Assembly: GCF_009914755.1 (NCBI RefSeq)
Contig: NC_060944.1
Source of the DNA: the human T2T-CHM13v2.0 reference genome, Homo sapiens
DNA length: 64,000 nt
Strand: one strand, 5' to 3'
Made by a program: the position numbers and the translations under genes. Within the stretch, counting starts at the first letter, position 1. Each line of letters opens with the position of its first letter. The notes beneath the pieces are model-generated. The model was not told the DNA's origin, ran no database searches, and saw only the letters and a program-made list of their open reading frames with translations. Positions 42,988 through 58,300 of this stretch are shown here, in pieces.

Positions 42988-45900
42988 ACCCCATGTGGAA
43001 TGGAAAGAATGGAATGGAATGGAAAGCGATGGCATGGAATGGAATGGAATGGAATGGAATGGAATGGAATGGAATGGAATGGAATGCCATGGAATGGAAT
43101 GGAATGGAATTAACAAGAATGGAAAGCAATGGAATGGAATGGAATGGAATGGAGAGGAGGCAAACCGAGTGGAATGGAATGGATTGCAATGGAATGGAAA
43201 GGACTGGATTGGAATGGAATGGAATGCAACGGAATGGAGTGGAATGGAGTGGAATGGAATGGAATGGAATGGAATGGATTGGAATGGAATCAATGCAAGT
43301 GTAATTGAATGGAATGGAATGGAATGGAATGGAGTGGAATTGATTGGAATTGATATGAATGGAATGGAAACAACTGGAATGGAACGGAATGGAATGGAAT
43401 GGAATGGAATCAACTAGAATGGAAAGGAATGGAATGGAATGCAATGGAATGGAATGGTATGGAATGGAATCAACCCTTGTGATATGTAAAGCAAAGGAAT
43501 GGAATGGAATCAACAAAAGTGGAATGGAATGCAATGGAATACAATGGAATGGAATGGAATGGAATGGAATAAACCGGAGTGGAATGGAATGGAATGGAAT
43601 GCAATGGATTCGATTGGAATTTAATTAACCCGATTGGAATGGAGTGGAATGGAATGGAATGGAAAGAAGCCGATTGGAATGCATTGGACTGCAAAGGAAT
43701 GGAATTGAAAGGGATGGAATGGAATGGAACGGAATGCAAAGGAATGGAAAGGAATGGAATGGAATGGAATTGAATGGAGTCAATGCAAGTGTAATTGAAT
43801 GGAATGGTATGGAATGGAATGGAATGGAATGCAATGGAATGGAAAGGAATGGAATAGAATGGAATGGAAAGGAATGGATTGGAGTGGAATGGAATGGAAT
43901 GGAATGGAATGGAATGGAATGGAATGGAATGGAATCAAAAAAAGTGGAATGGAAGGGAATGGAATAGAATGGAATGGAATGGAATGGAATTGAAAGCAAT
44001 GGAGTCAACCCGAATGGAATTGAATGGAATGGAATGCAATGGAATGGAATGGAATGCAATGGAATGGAGTGGAATGGAAGGGAATGGAATGGAATGGAAT
44101 GGAATGGAATCAACCAGAGTGGAATAGAATTGAATGGAATTGAATGGAATGGAATCAACCCGAGTGGAATGGAATTGAATCGAATGGAATGGAATGGAAT
44201 GGAATCAATCAGAGTGGAATGGAATGGAATGGAATGGAATGGAGTGGAATCAACCCGAGTGGAATGGAATTGAATGGAATGGAATTGAATGGAATGGAAT
44301 CAACCCGAGTGGAATGGAATGGAATGGAATTAACCCGAGTGAAATGGAATGGAAACGATCGGAACGGAATTTAATGGAATGGAATGGAATGGAATCAACC
44401 TGAGTGGACTGGAATGAAATGGGGTGGAATGGAAAGCAATGGATTTGAATGGAATCAGCCAGAGTTGAATGGAATTGAACGGAATGGAATGGAATGGAAT
44501 CAACCCAAAAGGAATGTAATGGAATGGAATTGAATGGAATTCCCCCGAGTGAAATGGCATGGAAAGGAATGGAATAGAAACTAATGGAATGAAATGGAAT
44601 GGAATGGAATCAACATGAGTGGAATGGAATGGAATGAAATGGAATGCAATGCAATGGAATGCAACCAATAAGAGTGGAATGGATTGGAATGGAATGGAAT
44701 GGAATGGAATGAAAGGGAATGGAATCAACCCACGTGGAATGGAATGGAATGGAATGGAATGGAATGGAATGGAATGCCATGGAATGGAATGGAATGGAAT
44801 TAACAAGAATGGAAAGGAATGGAATGGAATGGAATGGAAGGGAGAGGAGGCAAACCGAGTGGAATGGAATGGATTGCAATGGAATGGAAAGGAATGGAAT
44901 GGAATGGAATGGAATTCAACGGAATGGAGTGGAATGGAATGGAATGGAATGGAATGGAATGGAATCAATGCAAGTGTAATTGAATGGAATGGAATGGAAT
45001 GAAGTGGAATTGATTGGAATTGATATGAATGGAATGGAAACAACTGGAATGGAACGGAATGGAATGGAGTGGAATGGAATGGAATCAACTAGAATGGAAA
45101 GGAATGGAATGGAATGCAATGGAATGGAATGGTATGGAATGGAATCAACCGTTGTGATATGTAAAGCAAAGGAATGGAATGGAATGGAATGGAATCAACA
45201 AAAGTGGATTGGAATGCAATGGAATACAATGGAATGGAATGGAATAAACCGGAGTGGAATGGAATGGAATGGAATGGAATGGATTCGATTGGAATTTAAT
45301 TAACCCGATTGGAATGGAGTGGAATGGAATGGAATGGAATGGAATGGAAAGAAGCCGATTGGAATGCATTGGACTGCAAAGGAATCGAATTGAAAGGGAT
45401 GGAATGGAATGGAATGGAATGCAATGGAATGGAATGGAATGGAATGGAATCAACCCGACTGGAATGGAATAGAATGGAATGGAATGCAATCAACCTGAGT
45501 GGAATGGAATGGAGTGCAATGGAATGGAATGGAATGGATTGGAATGGAATGGAATCCAATGCAATGGAATGGAATAGCGTGGAATGTAATGGAATGCAAT
45601 GGAAAGGAATCAAGCCAGGTGGAATCAAAAGGAATGGAATGGAATTGAATGCAATGGAATTCAATGGAATGAACCCGAGTGGAATGTAATGGCATGGAAT
45701 GGAGTGGAATGCAATGGAAAGGAATGGAATGGATTCAACGCGATTGGAAAGGAATGGAATGGAATGGAATGGAATCAACCCGAGTGGAATGGAGTGCAAC
45801 GGAATGGAATGAAATGGAATGGAATGGAATGGAATGGAATCAACGTGATTGTAAAGGAATGAAATGAAATGGAATGGAATGGAATGCAATTGAATCAACT

Positions 45901-48900
45901 CGATTGGAAAGGAATGGTTGGAATGGAAATGAAAGGAATGGAATGGAATGAAATCAACCCGAATGGAATGGAATGGAATGGAATGGAATGGAATGGAATG
46001 GAATGGAATGGAATGGAATGGAATGGAATCACCCAGAGTAGAATTGAATGGAATGGAATGAAATGGAATGGAAGGGAATGGAATGGAATGGATTAAAACC
46101 AAATGGAATGGAATGGAACGGATTGGAATGGAATGGAATTGAATGGAATAAACTGAAGTGGAATGGTATAGAATGGAATGGAATGGATTGGAATGGAATG
46201 GAATGGGAAGGAATGGAATCAACTAGAATGGAAAGGAATGGAATGGAATGCAGTGGAATGGAATGGAATGGAATCAACTCCTGTGGAATGTAATGCAAAG
46301 GAATGGAAAGGAATGGAATGGAATAAACAAAAGCGAAATGGAAGGGAATGGAATAGAATGGAATGGAATGGAATGGAAAGCAATGGAGTCAACAAGAATG
46401 GAATTGAATGGAATGGAATGCAATGGAATGGACTGGAATGGAATGGAATGGAATGGAATGGAATGGAATGGGATGGAATGGCATCAAACCGAGTGGAGTG
46501 GAATGGAATTGAGTGTAATGGAATGGAATAAACTGCAAATGAAAGGAATGGAATGCAATGGAATGGAATGGAAACAACCAGAGTGGAATGGAATTGAATG
46601 GAATGGAATGGAATGGAATCAACCCGAGTGGAATTGAAAGGAATGGAATGGAATGGAATGGAATGGAATGGAGTGGAATGGAATCAACGCAAGTGGAATG
46701 GAATGGAATGAATTGAATGGAATTAACCCGAGTGAAATGGAATGGAAAGGAATGGAATGGAATATAATGGAATTGAATGGAATGGAATGGAATCAACCTG
46801 AGTGGAATGGAATGAAATGGAATGGAATGGAAAGCAACGGAATTGAATGGAATCAACCAGAGTTGAGTGGAATTGAATGGAAAGGAATGGATTGGAATCA
46901 ACCCAAATGGAATAGAATGGAATGGAATTGAATTGAATTACCCCGAGTGAAATGGCATGGAAAGGAACGGAATATAATTTAATGAAATAGAATGGAATGG
47001 AATGGAATCAACCCGAGTGTAACTGAATGGAATGTAATGGAATGCAATGTAATGGAATGGAACCAATAAGAGTGGAATGGATTGGAATGGAATGGAATGG
47101 AATGAAAGGGAATGGAATCAACCCGACTGGAATGGAATGCAATGGAATGGAATGGAATGGAATGGAATGGAATGGAATGGAATGGAATGGAATGGAATGG
47201 AAAGGAATGGAATGGAATACACCAGAGTGGAATGGAATAGAATGGAATGGAATGGAGTGGAATCAACCCCAGTGGAATGGAAAGGAATGGAATGGAATGG
47301 AATGGAATGGAATGGAATGGAATGGAATGGAATGGGATGGAATGGAATGGGATGGAATGGATTGGAATCAAACCGAGTGGAAAGGAATGGAATGCAATGG
47401 AACGGAAAGGAATGCAATGGAATGAAATAAACCCGAATGGAATGGAATGGAATGGAATGGAATAGAATGGAATGGAGTTCATTGGCATCAATTTGAGTTT
47501 AATCGAAAGGAATGGAAAGGAATGGAATTGAAGAGAATTGAATGGAATGGAATGGAATGGAATGGAATGGAATGGAATGGAATGGAATGGAATCCAATGG
47601 TATCAACCAGAGTGGAATTGAGTGTAATGGATCGAAATGGAAAGGAATGGAATGGAATAAACCTGAGTAGAATGCAATGGAAGGGAATGGAATCGAATGG
47701 AATGGAATGGAATGGCATTGAATGGAATCAACACGGGTGGAATGGAATGGAATGGAGTGGATTGGAAAGTTATGGAATCAACCCGAATGGAATGGAATGG
47801 AATGGAATGGAATGGAATGCAGTGGAATTAACCCGAGTGGAATGGAATGGTATGGAGTGAAATGGAATGGAATGGAATTGTATGGAATGGAATGGAATGA
47901 AAAGGAAAGGAAAGCAATGGAATCAAAACGAGTGGAATGGAATGGAATGTAAAGAAATGGAGTGGAATTCTATAGAATCAACACGAGTGGAATGGAATGG
48001 AAAGGAATTGAATGCAATGGAGTGGAATGGAATGGAATCCAATCCAATGTAAAGGAATGGAACGGAACGGAATAGAATGTAATGGAATGGAATGGAATGG
48101 ACTGGAATGGAAAAAATTCGAGTGGAATGGAATGGAATGCAAAGTAATATAATGGAAATGAATGGAATCCACCCGAATGGAAAGGAAAGGAAAGGAATGG
48201 AATGGAATGGAATGGAATGGAATGGAATGGAATGGAATGGAATGGAATGGAGAGGAATGGAATGGAATGGAATGGAGAGGAATGGAATGGAATGGAATGC
48301 AGAAGAATGGAATGGAATTGATTTGAATGGAATGGAATCAACTGGAATGGAATGGAATCGAATGGAATGGAATGGAATGGAATGGAATCAACTAGAATGG
48401 AAAGGAATGAAATGGAATGGAATGCAGTGGAATGGAACGGAATGGAATCAACCCGTGTGGAATGTAATGCAAAGGAATGGAATGGAATGGAATGGAATCA
48501 ACAAAAGTGTAATGGAAGGGAATGGAATTGAATGGAATGGAATGGAATGGAATGGAAAGCAATGGAGTCAAACCGAATGGAATCGAATGGAATGGAATGC
48601 AATGGAGTGGAGTGGTATAGAGTGGAATGGGATGGAATGGAATCAAACCGAGTGGAGAGGAAGGGAATTGAATGGAATGGAATGGAATAAATTGGAATGG
48701 AAAGGAATGGAATGGAATGGAATGGAATGGAATCGGATAGAATGGAATCAAACCGAGTGGAGTGGAATGGAATTAAATGTAATGGAATGGAATAAATTAG
48801 AATGGAAAGGAATGGAATGGAATGGAGTGGAATCAACCAGAGTGGAATGGAATTGAATGGAGTGGAATGGAATGGAATCAACCCGAGTGGAATGGAATTG

Positions 48901-49550
48901 AATGGAATGGAATGCAATTGAATCAACCCGAGTGGAATGGAATTGAATGGAATGGAATGGAATTACCCGATTGAAACGGAATGGAAAGGAACGGAATGGA
49001 ATTTAATGGAATGGAATGGAATGGAATCAACCTGAGTGGAATGGAATCAACCTGAGTGGACTGGAATGAAATGGACTGGAATGCAAAGCAATGGAATTGA
49101 ATGAAATCAACCAGAGTTAAATGGAATGGAATGGAATGGAATGGAATGGAATCAACCCAAATGGAATGTAATGAAATGGAATTGAATGGAATTACCCCGA
49201 GTAAAATGGCATGGAAAGGAAAGGAATAGAATTTAATGGAATGGAATGCCATGGAATGGAATCAACCCGAGTGGAATGGAATGGCATGAAATGGAATGCA
49301 ATGCAATGGAATGGAAACAATAAGAGTGGAATGGATTGGAATGGAATGGAATGGAATGAAAGGGAATGGAATCAACCCGAGTGGAATGGAATGGAATGGA
49401 ATGCAATGGAATGGAATGGAATGCAATGGAATGGAATGGAATGGAATGGAATGGAATGGAATGGAATGGAATGGAAAGCAATCAACCAGAGAGGAATTGA
49501 CTGTAATGGACCGGAGTGGAATGGAATGGAATGGAATGGAATGGAATGGA
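36460..49550 (+). repeat. Older direct repeat, offset ~8.9 kb (~36.5-40.9 kb vs ~45.3-49.5 kb)
   Basis: TAGCGTGG ~36691/45575, GTTATGG 38840/47769, TTCTATAG ~39029/47968, AAACAATAAGAGT ~40394/49318. The landmark order is the same, with scattered substitutions. Confidence 0.8.
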
Positions 49551-52500
49551 ATGGAATGGAATAGAATGGAATGGAAAGGAATGGATTGGAGTGGAATGGA
49601 ATGGAATGGAATGGAATGGAATGGAATGGAATGGAATCAAAAAAAGTGGAATGGAAGGGAATGGAATAGAATGGAATGGAATGGAATGGAATTGAAAGCA
49701 ATGGAGTCAACCCGAATGGAATTGAATGGAATGGAATGCAATGGAATGGAATGGAATGCAATGGAATGGAGTGGAATGGAAGGGAATGGAATGGAATGGA
49801 ATGGAATGGAATCAACCAGAGTGGAATAGAATTGAATGGAATTGAATGGAATGGAATCAACCCGAGTGGAATGGAATTGAATCGAATGGAATGGAATGGA
49901 ATGGAATCAATCAGAGTGGAATGGAATGGAATGGAATGGAATGGAGTGGAATCAACCCGAGTGGAATGGAATTGAATGGAATGGAATTGAATGGAATGGA
50001 ATCAACCCGAGTGGAATGGAATGGAATGGAATTAACCCGAGTGAAATGGAATGGAAACGATCGGAACGGAATTTAATGGAATGGAATGGAATGGAATCAA
50101 CCTGAGTGGACTGGAATGAAATGGGGTGGAATGGAAAGCAATGGATTTGAATGGAATCAGCCAGAGTTGAATGGAATTGAACGGAATGGAATGGAATGGA
50201 ATCAACCCAAAAGGAATGTAATGGAATGGAATTGAATGGAATTCCCCCGAGTGAAATGGCATGGAAAGGAATGGAATAGAAACTAATGGAATGAAATGGA
50301 ATGGAATGGAATCAACATGAGTGGAATGGAATGGAATGAAATGGAATGCAATGCAATGGAATGCAACCAATAAGAGTGGAATGGATTGGAATGGAATGGA
50401 ATGGAATGGAATGAAAGGGAATGGAATCAACCCACGTGGAATGGAATGGAATGGAATGGAATGGAATGGAATGGAATGGAATGCCATGGAATGGAATGGA
50501 ATGGAATTAACAAGAATGGAAAGGAATGGAATGGAATGGAATGGAAGGGAGAGGAGGCAAACCGAGTGGAATGGAATGGATTGCAATGGAATGGAAAGGA
50601 ATGGAATGGAATGGAATGGAATTCAACGGAATGGAGTGGAATGGAATGGAATGGAATGGAATGGAATGGAATCAATGCAAGTGTAATTGAATGGAATGGA
50701 ATGGAATGAAGTGGAATTGATTGGAATTGATATGAATGGAATGGAAACAACTGGAATGGAACGGAATGGAATGGAGTGGAATGGAATGGAATCAACTAGA
50801 ATGGAAAGGAATGGAATGGAATGCAATGGAATGGAATGGTATGGAATGGAATCAACCGTTGTGATATGTAAAGCAAAGGAATGGAATGGAATGGAATGGA
50901 ATCAACAAAAGTGGATTGGAATGCAATGGAATACAATGGAATGGAATGGAATAAACCGGAGTGGAATGGAATGGAATGGAATGGAATGGATTCGATTGGA
51001 ATTTAATTAACCCGATTGGAATGGAGTGGAATGGAATGGAATGGAATGGAATGGAAAGAAGCCGATTGGAATGCATTGGACTGCAAAGGAATCGAATTGA
51101 AAGGGATGGAATGGAATGGAATGGAATGCAATGGAATGGAATGGAATGGAATGGAATCAACCCGACTGGAATGGAATAGAATGGAATGGAATGCAATCAA
51201 CCTGAGTGGAATGGAATGGAGTGCAATGGAATGGAATGGAATGGATTGGAATGGAATGGAATCCAATGCAATGGAATGGAATAGCGTGGAATGTAATGGA
51301 ATGCAATGGAAAGGAATCAAGCCAGGTGGAATCAAAAGGAATGGAATGGAATTGAATGCAATGGAATTCAATGGAATGAACCCGAGTGGAATGTAATGGC
51401 ATGGAATGGAGTGGAATGCAATGGAAAGGAATGGAATGGATTCAACGCGATTGGAAAGGAATGGAATGGAATGGAATGGAATCAACCCGAGTGGAATGGA
51501 GTGCAACGGAATGGAATGAAATGGAATGGAATGGAATGGAATGGAATCAACGTGATTGTAAAGGAATGAAATGAAATGGAATGGAATGGAATGCAATTGA
51601 ATCAACTCGATTGGAAAGGAATGGTTGGAATGGAAATGAAAGGAATGGAATGGAATGAAATCAACCCGAATGGAATGGAATGGAATGGAATGGAATGGAA
51701 TGGAATGGAATGGAATGGAATGGAATGGAATCACCCAGAGTAGAATTGAATGGAATGGAATGAAATGGAATGGAAGGGAATGGAATGGAATGGATTAAAA
51801 CCAAATGGAATGGAATGGAACGGATTGGAATGGAATGGAATTGAATGGAATAAACTGAAGTGGAATGGTATAGAATGGAATGGAATGGATTGGAATGGAA
51901 TGGAATGGGAAGGAATGGAATCAACTAGAATGGAAAGGAATGGAATGGAATGCAGTGGAATGGAATGGAATGGAATCAACTCCTGTGGAATGTAATGCAA
52001 AGGAATGGAAAGGAATGGAATGGAATAAACAAAAGCGAAATGGAAGGGAATGGAATAGAATGGAATGGAATGGAATGGAAAGCAATGGAGTCAACAAGAA
52101 TGGAATTGAATGGAATGGAATGCAATGGAATGGACTGGAATGGAATGGAATGGAATGGAATGGAATGGAATGGGATGGAATGGCATCAAACCGAGTGGAG
52201 TGGAATGGAATTGAGTGTAATGGAATGGAATAAACTGCAAATGAAAGGAATGGAATGCAATGGAATGGAATGGAAACAACCAGAGTGGAATGGAATTGAA
52301 TGGAATGGAATGGAATGGAATCAACCCGAGTGGAATTGAAAGGAATGGAATGGAATGGAATGGAATGGAATGGAGTGGAATGGAATCAACGCAAGTGGAA
52401 TGGAATGGAATGAATTGAATGGAATTAACCCGAGTGAAATGGAATGGAAAGGAATGGAATGGAATATAATGGAATTGAATGGAATGGAATGGAATCAACC

Positions 52501-55335
52501 TGAGTGGAATGGAATGAAATGGAATGGAATGGAAAGCAACGGAATTGAATGGAATCAACCAGAGTTGAGTGGAATTGAATGGAAAGGAATGGATTGGAAT
52601 CAACCCAAATGGAATAGAATGGAATGGAATTGAATTGAATTACCCCGAGTGAAATGGCATGGAAAGGAACGGAATATAATTTAATGAAATAGAATGGAAT
52701 GGAATGGAATCAACCCGAGTGTAACTGAATGGAATGTAATGGAATGCAATGTAATGGAATGGAACCAATAAGAGTGGAATGGATTGGAATGGAATGGAAT
52801 GGAATGAAAGGGAATGGAATCAACCCGACTGGAATGGAATGCAATGGAATGGAATGGAATGGAATGGAATGGAATGGAATGGAATGGAATGGAATGGAAA
52901 GGAATGGAATGGAATACACCAGAGTGGAATGGAATAGAATGGAATGGAATGGAGTGGAATCAACCCCAGTGGAATGGAAAGGAATGGAATGGAATGGAAT
53001 GGAATGGAATGGAATGGAATGGAATGGAATGGAATGGGATGGAATGGAATGGGATGGAATGGATTGGAATCAAACCGAGTGGAAAGGAATGGAATGCAAT
53101 GGAACGGAAAGGAATGCAATGGAATGAAATAAACCCGAATGGAATGGAATGGAATGGAATGGAATAGAATGGAATGGAGTTCATTGGCATCAATTTGAGT
53201 TTAATCGAAAGGAATGGAAAGGAATGGAATTGAAGAGAATGGAATGGAATGGAATGGAATGGAATGGAATGGAATGGAATGGAATGGAATGGAATCCAAT
53301 GGTATCAACCAGAGTGGAATTGAGTGTAATGGATCGAAATGGAAAGGAATGGAATGGAATAAACCTGAGTAGAATGCAATGGAAGGGAATGGAATCGAAT
53401 GGAATGGAATGGAATGGCATTGAATGGAATCAACACGGGTGGAATGGAATGGAATGGAGTGGATTGGAAAGTTATGGAATCAACCCGAATGGAATGGAAT
53501 GGAATGGAATGGAATGGAATGCAGTGGAATTAACCCGAGTGGAATGGAATGGTATGGAGTGAAATGGAATGGAATGGAATTGTATGGAATGGAATGGAAT
53601 GAAAAGGAAAGGAAAGCAATGGAATCAAAACGAGTGGAATGGAATGGAATGTAAAGAAATGGAGTGGAATTCTATAGAATCAACACGAGTGGAATGGAAT
53701 GGAAAGGAATTGAATGCAATGGAGTGGAATGGAATGGAATCCAATCCAATGTAAAGGAATGGAACGGAACGGAATAGAATGTAATGGAATGGAATGGAAT
53801 GGACTGGAATGGAAAAAATTCGAGTGGAATGGAATGGAATGCAAAGTAATATAATGGAAATGAATGGAATCCACCCGAATGGAAAGGAAAGGAAAGGAAT
53901 GGAATGGAATGGAATGGAATGGAATGGAATGGAATGGAATGGAATGGAATGGAGAGGAATGGAATGGAATGGAATGGAGAGGAATGGAATGGAATGGAAT
54001 GCAGAAGAATGGAATGGAATTGATTTGAATGGAATGGAATCAACTGGAATGGAATGGAATCGAATGGAATGGAATGGAATGGAATGGAATCAACTAGAAT
54101 GGAAAGGAATGAAATGGAATGGAATGCAGTGGAATGGAACGGAATGGAATCAACCCGTGTGGAATGTAATGCAAAGGAATGGAATGGAATGGAATGGAAT
54201 CAACAAAAGTGTAATGGAAGGGAATGGAATTGAATGGAATGGAATGGAATGGAATGGAAAGCAATGGAGTCAAACCGAATGGAATCGAATGGAATGGAAT
54301 GCAATGGAGTGGAGTGGTATAGAGTGGAATGGGATGGAATGGAATCAAACCGAGTGGAGAGGAAGGGAATTGAATGGAATGGAATGGAATAAATTGGAAT
54401 GGAAAGGAATGGAATGGAATGGAATGGAATGGAATCGGATAGAATGGAATCAAACCGAGTGGAGTGGAATGGAATTAAATGTAATGGAATGGAATAAATT
54501 AGAATGGAAAGGAATGGAATGGAATGGAGTGGAATCAACCAGAGTGGAATGGAATTGAATGGAGTGGAATGGAATGGAATCAACCCGAGTGGAATGGAAT
54601 TGAATGGAATGGAATGCAATTGAATCAACCCGAGTGGAATGGAATTGAATGGAATGGAATGGAATTACCCGATTGAAACGGAATGGAAAGGAACGGAATG
54701 GAATTTAATGGAATGGAATGGAATGGAATCAACCTGAGTGGAATGGAATCAACCTGAGTGGACTGGAATGAAATGGACTGGAATGCAAAGCAATGGAATT
54801 GAATGAAATCAACCAGAGTTAAATGGAATGGAATGGAATGGAATGGAATGGAATCAACCCAAATGGAATGTAATGAAATGGAATTGAATGGAATTACCCC
54901 GAGTAAAATGGCATGGAAAGGAAAGGAATAGAATTTAATGGAATGGAATGCCATGGAATGGAATCAACCCGAGTGGAATGGAATGGCATGAAATGGAATG
55001 CAATGCAATGGAATGGAAACAATAAGAGTGGAATGGATTGGAATGGAATGGAATGGAATGAAAGGGAATGGAATCAACCCGAGTGGAATGGAATGGAATG
55101 GAATGCAATGGAATGGAATGGAATGCAATGGAATGGAATGGAATGGAATGGAATGGAATGGAATGGAATGGAATGGAAAGCAATCAACCAGAGAGGAATT
55201 GACTGTAATGGACCGGAGTGGAATGGAATGGAATGGAATGGAATGGAATGGAATGGAATGGAATAGAATGGAATGGAAAGGAATGGATTGGAGTGGAATG
55301 GAATGGAATGGAATGGAATGGAATGGAATGGAATG
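43850..55335 (+). repeat. Near-identical tandem duplication, unit ~5,702 bp (copy 1 ~43.9-49.6 kb, copy 2 ~49.6-55.3 kb)
   Basis: Landmarks are offset by 5,702: CAAAAAAAGT 43936/49638; CAATAAGAGT 44666/50368, 47064/52766 and 49318/55020. Identical ORF translations occur at the same offset (48092/53794, 49211/54913, 46048/51750). The offset is locally 5,707 where a pentamer run differs by one unit. Confidence 0.95.
49021..49060 (+). repeat. Exact 20-bp tandem duplication (also in the second 5.7-kb copy at ~54723-54762)
   Basis: ATGGAATCAACCTGAGTGGA twice in tandem. Other core cassettes have a single CAACCTGAGT here. Confidence 0.85.
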
Positions 55336-58300
55336 GTATCAATGCAAGTGTAATTGAATGGAATGGAATGGAATGGAGAGGAATGCAATGGAATTGATTT
55401 GAATCCAATGGAATCACCTGGAATCGAACGGAATGGAATCGAATCAACTAGAATGGAAAGGAATGGAATGGAATGGAATGCAGTTGAATGGAATGGAATG
55501 GAATCAACCCGTGTGGAATGTAATGAAAAGGAATGGAATGGAATGGAATCAACAAAAGTGGAATGGAAGGGAATGGAATGTAATGCAAAAGAATGGAATG
55601 GAATGGAATGGAATGGAATGGAATGGAATGGAAGGGAATGGAATGGAATCAACAAAAGTGGAATGGAAGGGAATGCAATGGAATGGAATGGAATGGAATG
55701 GAATGGAATGGAATGGAATGGAAAGCAATGGAGTCAACCCGAATGGAATGGAATGGAATGGAAAGCAATGGAATGGAATGGAATGCAATGGAATGGAATG
55801 GAATGGAATGGGTTGGAATGGAATGGAATCAACCAGAGTGGAATAGAATTGAATGGAATGGAATGGAATGGATTCAACCCGAGTGGAATGGAATTGAATC
55901 GAATGCAATGGAATGGAATGGAATCAACCAGAGTGGAATGGAATTGAATGGAATGGAATGGAATGGAATCAACACGAGTGGAATGGAACTCAATGGAATG
56001 GAATGGAATGGAATCAACCCGAGTGGAATGGAATGGAATGGAATGGAATGGAATGGAATGGAATGGAATGGAATGGAATGGAATTAACCCGAGTGAAATG
56101 GAATGGAAAGGAACGGAATGGAATTTAATGGAATGGAATGGAATGGCATCAACCTGAGTGGACTGGAATGAAATGGAGTGGAATGGAAAAAAATGGATTT
56201 GAATGGAATCAGCCAGAGTTGAATGGAATTGAACGGAATGGAATGGAATGGAATCAACCCAAATGGAATGTAATGGAATGGAATTGAATGGAATTACCCC
56301 AAGTGAAATGGCATGGAAAGGAATGGAATAGAAATTAATGGAATGAAATGGAATGGAATGGAATCAACCTGAGTGGAATGGAATGTTGTGAAATGGAATG
56401 CAATGCAATGGAATGGAACCAATAAGAGTGGAATGGATTGGAATGGAATGGAATGGAATGAAAAGGAATGGAATCAACCCACGTGGAATGGAATGGAATG
56501 GAATGCAACGGAATGGAATGGAATGGAATGGAATGGAACACACCAGAGTGGAATGGAATAGAATGGAATGGAATGGAGTGGAATCAACCACAGTGGAATG
56601 GAATGGAAAGGAATGGAATGGAATGGAATGCAATGAAATGGAATGGAATGGAATGGAATGGTATGGAATGGAATGGAATGGATTGGAATCAAACCGAGTG
56701 TAATGGAATGGAATGGAAAGGAATGGAATGGAATGAAATCAACCCGAGTGAAATGGAATGGAATGGAATGGGATGGAATAGAAAGGAATGGAGTGGATTT
56801 GAATCAATCTGAGTGGAATGGAAAGGAATGGAAAGGAATGGAATTGAAGGGAATGGAATGGAATGGAATGGAATGGAATGGAATGGAATAAACACGAGTA
56901 GAATGCAATGCAAGGGAATGGAATCCAATGTAATGGAATGGCATTGAATGGAATCAACACGAGTGGAATGGAATCGAATGGAATAGATAGGAGTGGAATG
57001 GAATCAACCCCAGTGGAATGTAATGTAAAGGAATGGAATGGAATGGAGTAGAATGAACCCGAGTGGAATGGAATGGTATGCAATGAAACGGAATGGAATG
57101 GAATGGTATGAAATGGAAAGGAATGGTATTGAACGGAATGGAATGGAATGGAATAGAATCCAATCCAGCGTAAAGGAATGGAACGGAATGGAATGGAATG
57201 GAATGGAATGGAATGGAATGGAATGGAATGGAATGGAATGGATTGGAATGGAATGGAAAGGAATGGACTGGAATGGAATAAATTGCAGTAGAATGGTATG
57301 GAATGCAAAGTAATATAATGAAAATGAGTGGAATCCACCAAAATGGAAAGGAAAGGAATGGAATGGAATGGAATGGAATGAATGGAATGGATTGGAAAGA
57401 AATCAACCCGAGTGGAATGGAAAGGAATGGAATGGAATGGAATGCAATGGAATCAACCCGACTGGACTGGAATGGAATGGAATGGAAAGGAATGGAATGG
57501 AATGAAATGGAGTCAAACCAGCTGGAATGGAACGGAATGGAATGGTATGGAATGGAATGGAATGGAATGGAATGGAATCAACTCGAATGGAATGGAATGG
57601 AATGGAATGGAATGGAATGGAATGGAATGGATTCAATGTGAGAGGAATGGAATGGAATGGAGTGGAATGGAATGGAACGAAATGGAATAGAATGGAACGG
57701 AATGCAATGGAATGGATTGAAATTGAATGGAAAGGAATAAAATCAAGTGAAATTGGATGGAATTCATTGGAATGGAATGGAATGGAATGGAATGGAATGG
57801 AATGGAATGGAATGGAATGGAATGGAATCCACCCAAGTGGAATGGAATGGATTGGAATGCATTGGAATGGAATGGAATGGAATGGAATGGACTTCACACG
57901 AGTGCAACGGAATGGAATGGAATGGAATGGAATGGAACCAACCCGAGTGGAATGGAATGGAATGGAAATTAATGGAATGGAATGCAATGGAATCAACCCG
58001 AGGGAATGGAATGTAATGCAATGAAATGGTTTGGAATGGTGTGGAATGGAATGGAATGGAATGGAATGCAATGGAATGGAAACAAAGCGAGTGGAATCGA
58101 ATGGAATGAAATGGAATGGAATGGAATCAACACGAGTGGAATGGAAGGGAATGGAATGGGATGGGATGGAATGGAATGGAATGCAATGCAATGGAATCAA
58201 CCCGAGTAGAATGGAAAAGAATGGAATTTAATGGAATGGAATGGAATGGAATGCAATGGAATCCACCCGATTAGAATGGAACGGAATGGCATGGAACGGA

